Assembly (NCBI GenBank): GCA_903861205.1
Contig: CAIOTC010000018.1
Coordinates: forward strand, 11,800 to 75,799
DNA: 64,000 bases
Direction: 5' to 3'
Source of the DNA: an uncultured bacterium
Lineage (GTDB): Bacteria > Patescibacteriota > Minisyncoccia > Phycocordibacterales > DATDWN01
Part shown: positions 36,061-45,299 of the stretch, piece after piece
How the letters are laid out: the number at the start of each line of letters is the position of its first letter
Numbering within the stretch: the first letter of the stretch is position 1
Position numbers and translations under genes: made by a program
Notes under the pieces: generated by a model
Database searches by the model: none
What the model was told of the DNA's origin: nothing
Seen by the model: the letters and a program-made list of their open reading frames with translations, nothing else

Positions 36061-38553
36061 ATGACCGACATAATGCTTAATTTTTTGCAAAAAATCATCG
36101 GTTCCGAGACGGATCGCGCCATAAAGCAAATGTGGCCGATTGTCGAGCAAATAAACGCTTTTGAGCCGGAAATGCAAGCGCTTTCTGACGAGCTTTTGCG
36201 CGCCAAAACGGCCGAATTCAAGAAAAGAATTGCCGGAGGAGAAACTTTGGACAATATTTTGCCGGAGGCTTTTGCCACGGTGCGCGAAGCATCGCGTCGA
36301 ACACTCGGCCAGCGTCATTTTGACGTTCAACTGATTGGTGGAATCATTTTGCACCGTGGCGCCATCGCCGAGATGCGCACCGGAGAAGGCAAGACGTTGG
36401 TGGCCACTTTGCCGGCTTATCTGAATTCACTTTCCGGAGAGGGCGTGCACATTGTCACGGTCAACGACTATCTTTCTCGTCGTGATGCTGTTTGGATGGG
36501 ACAAATTTATGATTTTCTTGGTGTTTCCGTCGGTGTCATCAATCACGAAGAATCTTTTATTTACGACAGAACTCACAAAGAGCTCGACAAAGAACGCGAC
36601 ACACTAGGTTCTTTCAAAGTGGTTAATGAATTTTTGCGACCAGTTACACGCGGAGAAAGTTATCGTGCCGACATCACGTACGGAACAAACAACGAATTCG
36701 GTTTCGATTATTTGCGCGACAACATCGAGCACGAGTCCGGCCGTTTGCGACAACCGACGCACAATTTTGCCATTGTTGACGAAATCGATTCCATTTTGAT
36801 CGACGAAGCGCGCACTCCGCTCATTATTTCCGCGCCATCTGGAGATTCCGACGAGTTTTACGTTCGTTTTGCCGACATCGCCAAGAAATTGGAGAAAGGC
36901 GAGCATTACAGCGTCGACGAAAAGTTCAGATCGATATCGCTGACCGACTCCGGCATTAGCCGGGCCGAGGAACTTTTGGGTATTGAAAATATTTATACCG
37001 AAAAAGGCATCAAATATGTTCACCATCTGGAAACAGCCGTGCGGGCGCAAGCACTCTTTACTCTCGACAAGGACTACGTGGTCAAGGATGGCGAGGTTGT
37101 CATCGTCGACGAGTTTACCGGGCGTCTCCAGCCGGGCCGAAGGTGGTCGGAGGGTTTGCATCAGGCGATCGAGGCCAAGGAACACGTGGCTATCCAAAAA
37201 GAATCGCGCACGTTCGCTTCCATCACTTTCCAAAATTATTTCAGATTATACAAAAAGCTTTCCGGTATGACCGGAACAGCCGTGACTTCCGGCGAAGAAT
37301 TTTATAAAGTCTACGGACTTTCTGTTTATGTGGTGCCGACGAACAAACCGACTGTCCGCGATGACAAGAACGATTTGATTTTCCAAACCGAGGCCGGCAA
37401 GTTCAAAGCGATCGCCAAAGAAGTTTCTGTTCGCCACAAAGCGGGCCAGCCGGTTCTTATTGGTACGGCTTCGATTGAAAAAAACGAACTGCTTTCCGAA
37501 TACCTGAAAGCTGAAGGAATTCCGCACGAAGTTTTGAATGCCAAAAATCACACGCGCGAGGGAGAAATCATCGCTCAAGCCGGCAAAAAAGGCGCGGTGA
37601 CCATCGCTACCAACATGGCCGGTCGCGGAGTTGACGTCAAACTCGGCGGAAATCCGGGAAGCGCCGAGGCGCACGAAGAAGTCAAATCTTTTGGCGGACT
37701 TTTTGTACTTGGCACGGAGCGTCACGATGCGCGCCGAATCGACAACCAGCTGCGCGGGCGATCCGGCAGACAGGGCGATCCGGGGGAGACGCAATTTTTT
37801 GTTTCGCTCGACGATCACCTCATGCGCGTTTTTGGCGGCGACGGTTTCAAAAATTTGCTCGGCAAAATCGGCTTGCGCGATGACGAGCCGATTGAAAACA
37901 GAATGATTACCAAGTCGCTGGAAAACGCTCAGGAAAAAATCGAAGGCTTCAACTTTGACGCTCGCAAACACGTTTTGGAATACGACGACGTTTTGAATTT
38001 TCAGAGAAAAATAGTGTACGCCGAACGCCGCGAAGTTTTGCTCGGTGATGAAAATGCGGTCAAGGAATACCTCCGAAAAAATATCGCGGAAAAACTTCCA
38101 GAAAGTTTGGAACAAATCGAGGAAATAATTTCGAAGGCCGATTCGGAAAAAATGAAAGTTATTCGCGGTGTGATTTTGCAAACCATCGATATGTTTTGGG
38201 TTGATCACCTGGAAATGATGGATTACATGCGCTCGTCGGTTAATCTGCGCGCCTACGGCCAGCGTGACCCTTTAGTGGAATACAAACGTGAAGGACTGAA
38301 ACTTTTCAAAGATATGGAATTTTCAATCGTGGCTGAAATCGTCAAACTTTTACCGCAGATTCAAATGCAATCGCGAGTGGCTTTTGACGCGCCTGTCAAT
38401 TTGCAAGAGGTCCGCGCCGGCGCCGAGGAATTGACCAAAAACGGCCCGAAAGTGGCCGACACCCCCAAAACCCTCGACGGTCAGAAAATCGGAAGGAACG
38501 ATCCATGCTGGTGTGGCTCAAATAAAAAATTTAAACACTGTCACGGGAAGTAA
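36061..38553 (+). CDS. secA: Preprotein translocase subunit SecA
   Basis: The gene carries the DEAD-motor motifs …LGQRHFDVQLIGGIILHRGAIAEMRTGEGKTLVATLPAYLN…. The C-terminus has the zinc-binding motif CWCGSNKKFKHCHG. The start is taken at 36061 (MTDIMLNFLQKI) rather than 36013 because of the upstream hairpin. Confidence 0.9.
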   Translation: MTDIMLNFLQKIIGSETDRAIKQMWPIVEQINAFEPEMQALSDELLRAKTAEFKKRIAGGETLDNILPEAFATVREASRRTLGQRHFDVQLIGGIILHRGAIAEMRTGEGKTLVATLPAYLNSLSGEGVHIVTVNDYLSRRDAVWMGQIYDFLGVSVGVINHEESFIYDRTHKELDKERDTLGSFKVVNEFLRPVTRGESYRADITYGTNNEFGFDYLRDNIEHESGRLRQPTHNFAIVDEIDSILIDEARTPLIISAPSGDSDEFYVRFADIAKKLEKGEHYSVDEKFRSISLTDSGISRAEELLGIENIYTEKGIKYVHHLETAVRAQALFTLDKDYVVKDGEVVIVDEFTGRLQPGRRWSEGLHQAIEAKEHVAIQKESRTFASITFQNYFRLYKKLSGMTGTAVTSGEEFYKVYGLSVYVVPTNKPTVRDDKNDLIFQTEAGKFKAIAKEVSVRHKAGQPVLIGTASIEKNELLSEYLKAEGIPHEVLNAKNHTREGEIIAQAGKKGAVTIATNMAGRGVDVKLGGNPGSAEAHEEVKSFGGLFVLGTERHDARRIDNQLRGRSGRQGDPGETQFFVSLDDHLMRVFGGDGFKNLLGKIGLRDDEPIENRMITKSLENAQEKIEGFNFDARKHVLEYDDVLNFQRKIVYAERREVLLGDENAVKEYLRKNIAEKLPESLEQIEEIISKADSEKMKVIRGVILQTIDMFWVDHLEMMDYMRSSVNLRAYGQRDPLVEYKREGLKLFKDMEFSIVAEIVKLLPQIQMQSRVAFDAPVNLQEVRAGAEELTKNGPKVADTPKTLDGQKIGRNDPCWCGSNKKFKHCHGK

Positions 38554-38623
38554 AAAGCAAGCGAAGCGCAGTCCCGTAGTGAACGAGCGAAGCGAGTTTT
38601 ACTACTGGTGTACAAAAATTTTC

Positions 38624-38833
38624 ATGACAAATAAAATTCTCAAAAAAGAAACTTTTGAAAAAGAAATTGCAATGTGTCAAAAATTGTCAAAAAAGAACGG
38701 CGGTAAATGTAATTGGGGCGAGTGTAAAAAATGCGGTGTTATTCCATTATTGTATAAACTGGGCAAAGGTGAATTGCTAGAAGACCAAGATAAAATTAAA
38801 AAAATAAAGAACATATTGAAAAATCCCAGGTGA
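38624..38833 (+). CDS. Small Cys-containing hypothetical protein (69 aa; CxxxxxC…CxxC)
   Basis: The protein reads MTNKILKKETFEKEIAMCQKLSKKNGGKCNWGECKKCGVIPLLYKLGKGELLEDQDKIKKIKNILKNPR. It is AT-rich and ends inside a palindromic REP-like element. The ORF-track N-terminus (38513-38623) overlaps the secA 3' end and was discarded. Confidence 0.3.
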   Translation: MTNKILKKETFEKEIAMCQKLSKKNGGKCNWGECKKCGVIPLLYKLGKGELLEDQDKIKKIKNILKNPR

Positions 38834-38842
38834 CACCTGGGA
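38824..38842. repeat. REP-like palindrome tcccaggtgacacctggga (family P1), copy 1, 5' of the RAYT gene
   Basis: It is a perfect palindrome in the sequence and the same core recurs at 39137-39158 and 39558-39582. Confidence 0.7.
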
Positions 38843-38848
38843 CGGGCG

Positions 38849-39559
38849 GTGGTACACTTATATCATATGGTCAATAGAAAAATATCTTTTGTTGAAGGTG
38901 AGTATTATCATGTTTACAATAGGGGGAATAGCAAGCAGAAAATTTTTTTAAATTATGAAGATTATGATAGATTTACAAAACTTTTATTTCTATGCAACTC
39001 GGAGATAAATTTCAAATTTCGGGATGATATTGTAGAACAAAAGATTGATGCTTGGGAATTTGATCGAGGCGAACCAATTGTTTCAATTGGTGCGTGGGTA
39101 TTAATACCAAATCATTTTCATTTATATGTAACTATCAGTCCCAGGTGTCACCTGGGGCCAGAAGAAGATGCAATTGCATACTTTATGCAGAAGTTGTGCA
39201 CCGCTTATTCGATGTATTTTAATAAAAAATATGAGAGAACTGGCAAATTGTTTGAGGGTGTTTTTAAGTCAGTGCATATTGAAAACGATGAATATGCAAA
39301 ATATAACTTTTCTTATATTCACTTAAATCCGGTCAAATTGATTGATTCAAAATGGAAAGAAAATGGGATAAAAGATATCAAAAAAACCTTGAAATTTTTG
39401 GACAAGTATAAATGGAGCAGTTATCTTGATTATAAAGGTATCAAAAGACCAGAAAATAAAATAATTACTCGGAAAGATTTTCCGGATTATTTTAGTAATC
39501 CAAAAATTTTCAAGGAAGAAATTTTTGATTGGTTGAAATTCAATGAAGAGGAAAACTAG
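38849..39559 (+). CDS. REP-associated tyrosine transposase (RAYT) / IS200-like Y1 transposase
   Basis: GEYYHVYNRG… is typical of the RAYT/TnpA_REP N-terminus. The HuH motif is PNHFHLYV and the catalytic Tyr region is YIHLNPVK. The gene is flanked on both sides by the same palindrome and carries an internal copy encoding …ISPRCHLGPEE…. Confidence 0.7.
   Translation: MVHLYHMVNRKISFVEGEYYHVYNRGNSKQKIFLNYEDYDRFTKLLFLCNSEINFKFRDDIVEQKIDAWEFDRGEPIVSIGAWVLIPNHFHLYVTISPRCHLGPEEDAIAYFMQKLCTAYSMYFNKKYERTGKLFEGVFKSVHIENDEYAKYNFSYIHLNPVKLIDSKWKENGIKDIKKTLKFLDKYKWSSYLDYKGIKRPENKIITRKDFPDYFSNPKIFKEEIFDWLKFNEEEN
39137..39158. repeat. REP-like palindrome agtcccaggtgtcacctggggc (family P1) inserted in frame inside the RAYT coding sequence
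   Basis: It lies immediately after the HuH motif and is translated as SPRCHLGP. Confidence 0.65.
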
Positions 39560-39596
39560 TCCCAGGTGTCACCTGGGGCTACCTTGGACTAGTTTG
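39556..39596. repeat. REP-like palindrome (family P1), copy 3, overlapping the RAYT stop codon
   Basis: The sequence aactagtcccaggtgtcacctggggctaccttggactagtt has outer arms ctagtcc/ggactag, which extend the palindrome. Confidence 0.65.
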
Positions 39597-39660
39597 ATTA
39601 GGTTTGAATGATAATTTTATATGGAGTAATATATTGATATAAAATAATCTATATTTAAAA

Positions 39661-41952
39661 ATGACAAGGTCAATTACATCTGAAGTTTTTGATAGGGTCG
39701 TGAAAGATCAAGAAGTTTGGGATTTTAAAGTTGAAAAAAATGGAGTGTATGCTATTTCAGTTTCTGCAAAATGCAAAAATTGGAGCCAAAATTTCAGACG
39801 ATTGTTTAATGATGACGATTTAGCTGTGCAAATTGATGATTATTTGTTTGCTGAAATGAAGGGTAAAAAGCGGGAATTTGCCAGCCCCGGTTCGTGGAAC
39901 GGAAATGAAATTAAAAATAATTCAAAAACGGTTTTGTTTATTTTACCTTTAAGAAGCGGTTCTCACAAGATCACATTTTGGGTTGGCGGACAGCCTTTTG
40001 TTGAAGAAATTAAGATTTACAAGATGGAGGAAAGCGAGATTGATTTGGTTGGTGATGGTATTTTTGTATTTGAAAAATTTTCAGATATTATCATAAAAAA
40101 TCTCACAGTCGAGGAATTGAAAATATCAGCGAATGCTGGTGTTGGTTCCAATTTAGAAATGAAAGTTGATGGTGCGGTAGAAGAAAATTCAAAATATAAA
40201 AGATACAAAAAGTGGTATTGGTATGGGCGGGAGTTGAAAGGGGATTCCAGGGAATATCAAATAGCGAATGCTATGGATAATAGCCAGCACTCGTTTGAAT
40301 TTGATTGCCAAGGTAAACCAAACATTACTTCTTTCAAGTTAAAAATAGATACGGAAAATGTGGAGTATGAAGTAGGATACATAAAAATTTATAGAGATAT
40401 TATTTCAGGACATTCCTCAACGGTGTATCTTAGGTCAACATATTCAGATAAAAGTCAGATTTTAGCCGAAATAAAAGATGGCGAAAGAGTGGGAATTCAC
40501 AAAATAATTATTCCGGGCGATTATTTAGAGAATTTGTCAGAGATTTGGCACGAAGTTATTTATAAAGGAATAAAAGGTTACATTTTGTCTTCGTTTATTG
40601 AAATTGAGGGACAGGAAAGAGAAAGAATTATTGATTTGATAAAGGAAAAGTGCAATCAGTATAGCGTCGACCAAAGTCTAGTGCTTTCAATTGCAAGCGT
40701 TGAATCTCATTTCAAACCCTACGCTCGTTCCTACAGTAAAAGAAAAGGAATTTTTCAGTTGGGAGACAAAGCTTTAGAAGATGTAAGAGTTACAGACCCA
40801 TATGATTTCTACCAAAATATAGACGGCGGAGTAAGATACTATAAATCAATAGAAACACGAATTACCGATCGTGGTGATGTATTGATAAAAAGATTAGTTG
40901 CATGGCATGACGGTCCCAGTACGACTATAGATAAAATCAAAAATAAATCATTTGATTACAATAAACTTTCCGATGAGACCAAAAGTTTTATCAAATCAGT
41001 TTTGGCAAATATTCAGAAAAAGGATTGGTATCATATCATTTCAATTCCAACCACCGCACTTGTAATCTTGTTTATTTTTTCCTCAGTTTTTCTGAGTCAG
41101 AATTATTTTAACAACAAAAATGACAATATTTCAGAAACAGCTAACACAATATATAGTAGTGAACAAATTGATAAAAAATATAATTCGACAGATCTGGTCA
41201 CGTATTTTCCGGTATCGAATGAAAATAAAAATGTAGATACATCAAGATTTTTTTCTGTAATTGGTGAAAAGGAAGATATAAAAGACGAGTCATCATACTA
41301 TCCAAATGTTTTTCTTGATAAAAACGATAATGTTATATTTTTGAATTCTCAAAGAAAAATAGTTAAAAGTTTTGACGCAAAATCATTAAAATTGGAAAAA
41401 TTGCTTGGGGAATCAGATATCATGAATGATTTATATGATCCAAATTATCCAAACAACTCCTACATTGATTCGGTGGTTTTAGAAAATCCAAGCGGGGTAT
41501 TTTATTTCTCTGCGACAAACAGTTATGCTTGTGGGGCAAGTAATTGTACATATGTTTTTTATCGTTTTGATTCGAACAGTGGAAAGTTGGAGGTGTTGGA
41601 TACAGATATTTTTGGTGGAATACAAGGGCTGTATTTATCTCCAGATTTACAGAATATTATATGGGTAGCGAGTAGCTCTGGGGGCTACTGTTTAGAAGGT
41701 ACTAGTATGGGCGTAATTAATCTTTTTGATTTGAAAAAAAATATAATTAAGGATCCACTCGAAGATCATTACAGTGTCTCAAATTTGGAAAATATGTTTT
41801 GGAAAAATAATACTGAATTTCAGTTTACGATGAGTTACCAAAGTAATAATGATTGTGGTTATCTTAGATCGACAAAAGTTGATTGGTTATATAATATAAA
41901 TAATAGTATTTTAATAAAGTTAGATAGTCATTCTGAACAGAGTCATCCATAG
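39661..41952 (+). CDS. Membrane-anchored lytic transglycosylase (SLT domain) with an SH3b-like domain and a large C-terminal extracytoplasmic region
   Basis: The SLT catalytic motif is LSIASVESHF…GIFQLGD…Y (E-S…GLMQ-like). One TM helix (IISIPTTALVILFIFSSVFL) is present. An SH3b-like stretch (GYILSSFIE) lies upstream of the SLT domain. Confidence 0.55.
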   Translation: MTRSITSEVFDRVVKDQEVWDFKVEKNGVYAISVSAKCKNWSQNFRRLFNDDDLAVQIDDYLFAEMKGKKREFASPGSWNGNEIKNNSKTVLFILPLRSGSHKITFWVGGQPFVEEIKIYKMEESEIDLVGDGIFVFEKFSDIIIKNLTVEELKISANAGVGSNLEMKVDGAVEENSKYKRYKKWYWYGRELKGDSREYQIANAMDNSQHSFEFDCQGKPNITSFKLKIDTENVEYEVGYIKIYRDIISGHSSTVYLRSTYSDKSQILAEIKDGERVGIHKIIIPGDYLENLSEIWHEVIYKGIKGYILSSFIEIEGQERERIIDLIKEKCNQYSVDQSLVLSIASVESHFKPYARSYSKRKGIFQLGDKALEDVRVTDPYDFYQNIDGGVRYYKSIETRITDRGDVLIKRLVAWHDGPSTTIDKIKNKSFDYNKLSDETKSFIKSVLANIQKKDWYHIISIPTTALVILFIFSSVFLSQNYFNNKNDNISETANTIYSSEQIDKKYNSTDLVTYFPVSNENKNVDTSRFFSVIGEKEDIKDESSYYPNVFLDKNDNVIFLNSQRKIVKSFDAKSLKLEKLLGESDIMNDLYDPNYPNNSYIDSVVLENPSGVFYFSATNSYACGASNCTYVFYRFDSNSGKLEVLDTDIFGGIQGLYLSPDLQNIIWVASSSGGYCLEGTSMGVINLFDLKKNIIKDPLEDHYSVSNLENMFWKNNTEFQFTMSYQSNNDCGYLRSTKVDWLYNINNSILIKLDSHSEQSHP

Positions 41953-42056
41953 CCTTGATTCAATGCAGCCCTAGGTTAAACCTAGTGATGGGGAGGAATA
42001 GAAATTTTAGGGTGTTTGTGGTATTGTGTTAGGACTTACAATTTAAATATACAATC

Positions 42057-42437
42057 ATGAAAAAAATTATTTACTTACTAATCGCCTTGCTGTTTGTCGG
42101 GGGAGTGGTATTTGTTATTGTTTCTCCGGGCAAAACTGTGACTGGCAAATATGACGCCTTCGCCAAATGTATAAAAGACAGTGGAGCCAAGCTTTATGGG
42201 GCGTTCTGGTGTCCGCATTGCCAGGCTCAAAAAGCGCGATTTGGCACATCCGAAAAATATTTGCCGTACATCGAATGCTCCACACCGGACGGTCAAGGCC
42301 AAACCCAGGCTTGCAAGGACGCCGGCATCACCACATACCCGACATGGCAATTCGCAAACTCCACCACGACAGAAGTTGGTGAAAAAGAACTGGCAGAATT
42401 AGCCAGCTCCACCGGCTGTATACTTCCACCACAATAA
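42057..42437 (+). CDS. Secreted/anchored thioredoxin-like thiol-disulfide oxidoreductase (BdbD/VKOR-partner-like)
   Basis: It has an N-terminal signal-anchor and the active site GAFWCPHCQAQK (CxxC). Confidence 0.6.
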   Translation: MKKIIYLLIALLFVGGVVFVIVSPGKTVTGKYDAFAKCIKDSGAKLYGAFWCPHCQAQKARFGTSEKYLPYIECSTPDGQGQTQACKDAGITTYPTWQFANSTTTEVGEKELAELASSTGCILPPQ

Positions 42438-42561
42438 TCATAATAATCCTCCTTTTCTAAAGGAGGTGCCCGCAGGGCGGAGGATTTTAAAATTTAAAAA
42501 ATCCCTCGGCCTACAGCCACTCCCTTTAAAAAAGGGAGAATCAAGAATAATTTACATCTTT

Positions 42562-43116
42562 ATGATTCACTTCATCCAATCAAACGCCAGCACCATCGTC
42601 GGAGTTTTGACCCTCATGTCAAATATTGTTTTCGTCGGCGTTATTGTAACCATCATTTTACATGCCGGCAGTCGAGCCAAACTGTACGCTTTCGTCCACA
42701 AATATATTTTGGAACTTCTTTTCTGGGGCGTCATGTCGGCGGTTGTCGGCTCGCTTATTTACTCAAACATTATCGGTTTTCCACCGTGCGATTTGTGCTG
42801 GTATCAGAGAATTTTCATGTATCCTCAAGCCATTATTTTGTTCGTGGCCATGCGACGGAAAGATAAAGGTATCATCGACTATCTCGTACCACTTTCTATC
42901 ATCGGCGCAATTATTGCTTTGTATCAATCTTTTGCTCAATGGGGTTTTTCCGTTGGCTCTATTGCCGGCTGTGCGGCCGTCGGAGCTGAATGCGCCAAAG
43001 TTTATGTCAGGGAATTTTCGTACATCACTATTCCATTTATGTCGTTTTGCGTTTTCATATATATAATTGTATTGAAGTTCATCTATTACAGCCACAATAA
43101 AAAATTAACCCTGTGA
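42562..43116 (+). CDS. Disulfide bond formation protein B (DsbB/BdbC-like)
   Basis: It has 4 TM helices, a first-loop PCDLCWYQR (BdbC-type CxxC) and a second Cys pair (GCAAVGAEC). The start is taken at the internal ATG at 42562, because the ORF-track N-terminal extension spans REP-like hairpins. Confidence 0.55.
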   Translation: MIHFIQSNASTIVGVLTLMSNIVFVGVIVTIILHAGSRAKLYAFVHKYILELLFWGVMSAVVGSLIYSNIIGFPPCDLCWYQRIFMYPQAIILFVAMRRKDKGIIDYLVPLSIIGAIIALYQSFAQWGFSVGSIAGCAAVGAECAKVYVREFSYITIPFMSFCVFIYIIVLKFIYYSHNKKLTL

Positions 43117-43147
43117 TATTGCCCGGAGGGCACCTATATCACAGGGT
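43108..43147. terminator. Hairpin (12-bp arms, accctgtgatat…atatcacagggt) overlapping the DsbB stop
   Basis: The inverted repeat is read directly from the sequence. Confidence 0.4.
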
Positions 43148-43153
43148 AAAAAT

Positions 43154-44056
43154 ATGAAAATAATTGCAACTCACAGCTCGAAATTTCACACGGATGATAT
43201 TTTTGCCGTGGCCACGCTTTTGCTTGTGTTAGAGACAGATAAGGCGTCAGCTACGATAGTTCGCACGCGCGATCCTGAAATAATCAAAACAGCCGATTAC
43301 GTGGTGGATGTTGGAGGAATCTATGATCCGGAAAATAATCGTTTTGATCATCATCAAATTGGTGGAGCAGGAGTTGGGTTAAACAATATACCGTATTCAT
43401 CATTTGGTTTAGTTTGGAAAAAATACGGGGGAAAATTGTGCGGAAATGAAGAAGTTTCATTCGTTATAAATAATTTTCTGGTTCAGCCGGTTGATGCGCA
43501 TGACAACGGCATTGAAATAGTGAAGGATTCGATTTCCGGTTTGTACCCGTATGATCTCGATCAATTGAAATACATTTTGCTTCCGACATGGAAAGAAGAT
43601 GATGATTCAGACAACGTGTTTATGAAAGCGGTTGAATATGCAAAATTTATTTTGTCTCGCCAAATAAAAGTTGCATCGGATGAGGCAGAAGGGAAGGAAC
43701 TAGTGTTAAAAACATATCAAGAAGCAAAAGACAAACGATTGGTTATTCTGGATGAGAGATGGCCGTGGAAAGAAGTACTGGCAAAATTTTCTGAGCCACT
43801 TTATGTAATCTACCCGAAAAGAGTCGACGATACATGGTCATTAAAAACGGTCAGTGCAGATCCAACTGGTCTAGGGCTTTTGGAATTTGTTTCGCGCAAA
43901 GAACTTCCAAAAGAATGGGCTGGAAAAAGAGATGATGAATTGGAAAAAATAACCGGAGTTTCCGGAGCCGTATTTTGTCACCGTAACCGTTTTCTGGCTG
44001 TTGCCAAAACAAAAGAAGCGATTTTGAAATTGGCGGAAATTGCATTGAACTCGTAA
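43154..44056 (+). CDS. MYG1/UPF0160 family metal-dependent hydrolase
   Basis: The N-terminal MKIIATHSSKFHTDDIFAVATL…DVGG…FDHHQ is the characteristic MYG1 His/Asp metal-binding signature. Confidence 0.65.
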   Translation: MKIIATHSSKFHTDDIFAVATLLLVLETDKASATIVRTRDPEIIKTADYVVDVGGIYDPENNRFDHHQIGGAGVGLNNIPYSSFGLVWKKYGGKLCGNEEVSFVINNFLVQPVDAHDNGIEIVKDSISGLYPYDLDQLKYILLPTWKEDDDSDNVFMKAVEYAKFILSRQIKVASDEAEGKELVLKTYQEAKDKRLVILDERWPWKEVLAKFSEPLYVIYPKRVDDTWSLKTVSADPTGLGLLEFVSRKELPKEWAGKRDDELEKITGVSGAVFCHRNRFLAVAKTKEAILKLAEIALNS

Positions 44057-44057
44057 A

Positions 44058-44174
44058 GAAAACCGACAGAACACTTTTCCGGCGCATTGCGGAATGCGTG
44101 AAGACACGAGCAGGAAGAAATTTTCCAGCAGGAAAATATTCTGGCGACGGAAAAGTGTTTTGTCGGTTTTCTTT
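44058..44174. repeat. Long-range inverted repeat (24-bp arms, 1 mismatch) enclosing two small hairpins
   Basis: The arms are agaaaaccgacagaacacttttccg and cggaaaagtgttttgtcggttttcttt. The internal hairpins are cgcattgcggaatgcg and ttttccagcaggaaaa. It lies between the MYG1-family gene and obg. Confidence 0.45.
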
Positions 44175-44201
44175 CTCTAGATTTTCTGCTACAGTGTTCG
44201 T

Positions 44202-45170
44202 ATGGCTTTCATAGATGAAATAACACTCAACATTTATTCCGGCAAAGGCGGGGATGGTATTGTTTCGTGGATGCACGAAAAGGGAATTGACCACGCCGGT
44301 CCGGGCGGAGGCGACGGCGGACGCGGAGGCGATGTTTACCTAAAAGGCGTGCGTGATATTGCCCGACTTTCCGCCTACAAATTCGTCAAAGACTTCAAAG
44401 CCGAAGACGGCGAAAATGGCAAGGGTGGCTGTATGCATGGCAAGAAAGGCAATGACCTCATTTTGGAACTTCCGCTTGGCTGTGTTCTTCGCAATACCGA
44501 AACAGGCGAGGAAGTGGAAGTCATGTCAGAAGAGCCTTTCTTTTTTCTGAAAGGCGGCAATGGCGGATATGGCAATGAACATTTCAAAGGATCAAAGAAC
44601 AGAAGGCCAAAAGAGTTCACAAAAGGCAAAAGTGCAGTTGGCGGTTCATATTTTATTGAATTAAAGCTTATAGTTGATATAGGTTTAGTAGGGTTTCCAA
44701 ACACAGGCAAGTCGAGTTTATTAAACTCTATTACACATTCTAAAGCTAAAGTCGGTGATTATCAGTTCACAACCCTAGAGCCAAACCTCGGTAGTTTGTA
44801 TGGATTTGTCATAGCGGATATTCCGGGATTGATAGAGGGTGCCAGTGAAGGGAGAGGACTTGGACACAAATTCTTGCGTCATATAGCCCGCACAAAGGTC
44901 CTTTTGCATTGCATATCATGCGAATCTGATGATCCCATGGCTTTGTATGACACTATACGGGCAGAACTCTCTGAATACGACCCGGAACTCATCAAAAAAA
45001 CGGAGATTATCTTGTTTACAAAAACGGATATGGTTGACGGTAAGACCTTGGAAGCCAGAAAAAAGCTTTTCAAAAAACTGAAAAAAGAAGTTCTGGATGT
45101 CTCGATAATCGATGATGAGTCTGTCAAAAAACTCTCCCAGAGCCTGGTAAAAATATTGGAAAAATTGTAA
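44202..45170 (+). CDS. obg: GTPase Obg/CgtA
   Basis: The Obg fold with its glycine-rich N-terminus reads FIDEITLNIYSGKGGDGIVSW…GGDGGRGGDVYL. The G domain reads GLVGFPNTGKSSLLN…DIPGLIEGA…. Confidence 0.85.
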   Translation: MAFIDEITLNIYSGKGGDGIVSWMHEKGIDHAGPGGGDGGRGGDVYLKGVRDIARLSAYKFVKDFKAEDGENGKGGCMHGKKGNDLILELPLGCVLRNTETGEEVEVMSEEPFFFLKGGNGGYGNEHFKGSKNRRPKEFTKGKSAVGGSYFIELKLIVDIGLVGFPNTGKSSLLNSITHSKAKVGDYQFTTLEPNLGSLYGFVIADIPGLIEGASEGRGLGHKFLRHIARTKVLLHCISCESDDPMALYDTIRAELSEYDPELIKKTEIILFTKTDMVDGKTLEARKKLFKKLKKEVLDVSIIDDESVKKLSQSLVKILEKL

Positions 45171-45299
45171 AATTGAAGTGATCCAAGAGATTGTCATTCC
45201 CGTGTATACGGGAATCCAGTTTCTCAAGGACCTCTGGATCCCCGTCCCCGATCAGGTCGAGGACAGGCTCTGCGCGGGGATGACATAATACTTTCAATT

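Noticed and set aside
36043-38208. Antisense and alternative-frame ORFs inside secA (36043-36354, 36604-37233, 37246-38208)
   Set aside because: They are fully nested within the highly conserved secA reading frame, and the 37246-38208 minus ORF is a typical shadow ORF.
38513-38623. N-terminal 37 codons of the ORF-track call at 38513-38833
   Set aside because: This stretch overlaps the last 40 nt of secA in another frame and then runs through the 'gcgaagcg' direct repeats. The AT-rich body with a plausible start begins at the ATG at 38624.
42466-42561. 32-codon N-terminal extension of the DsbB-like ORF (MPAGRRILKFKKSLGLQPLPLKKGESRIIYIF)
   Set aside because: It is encoded by two REP-like hairpins (aatcctcc…ggaggatt and ctcccttt…aagggag). 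The DsbB TM1 begins right after the internal Met at 42562.
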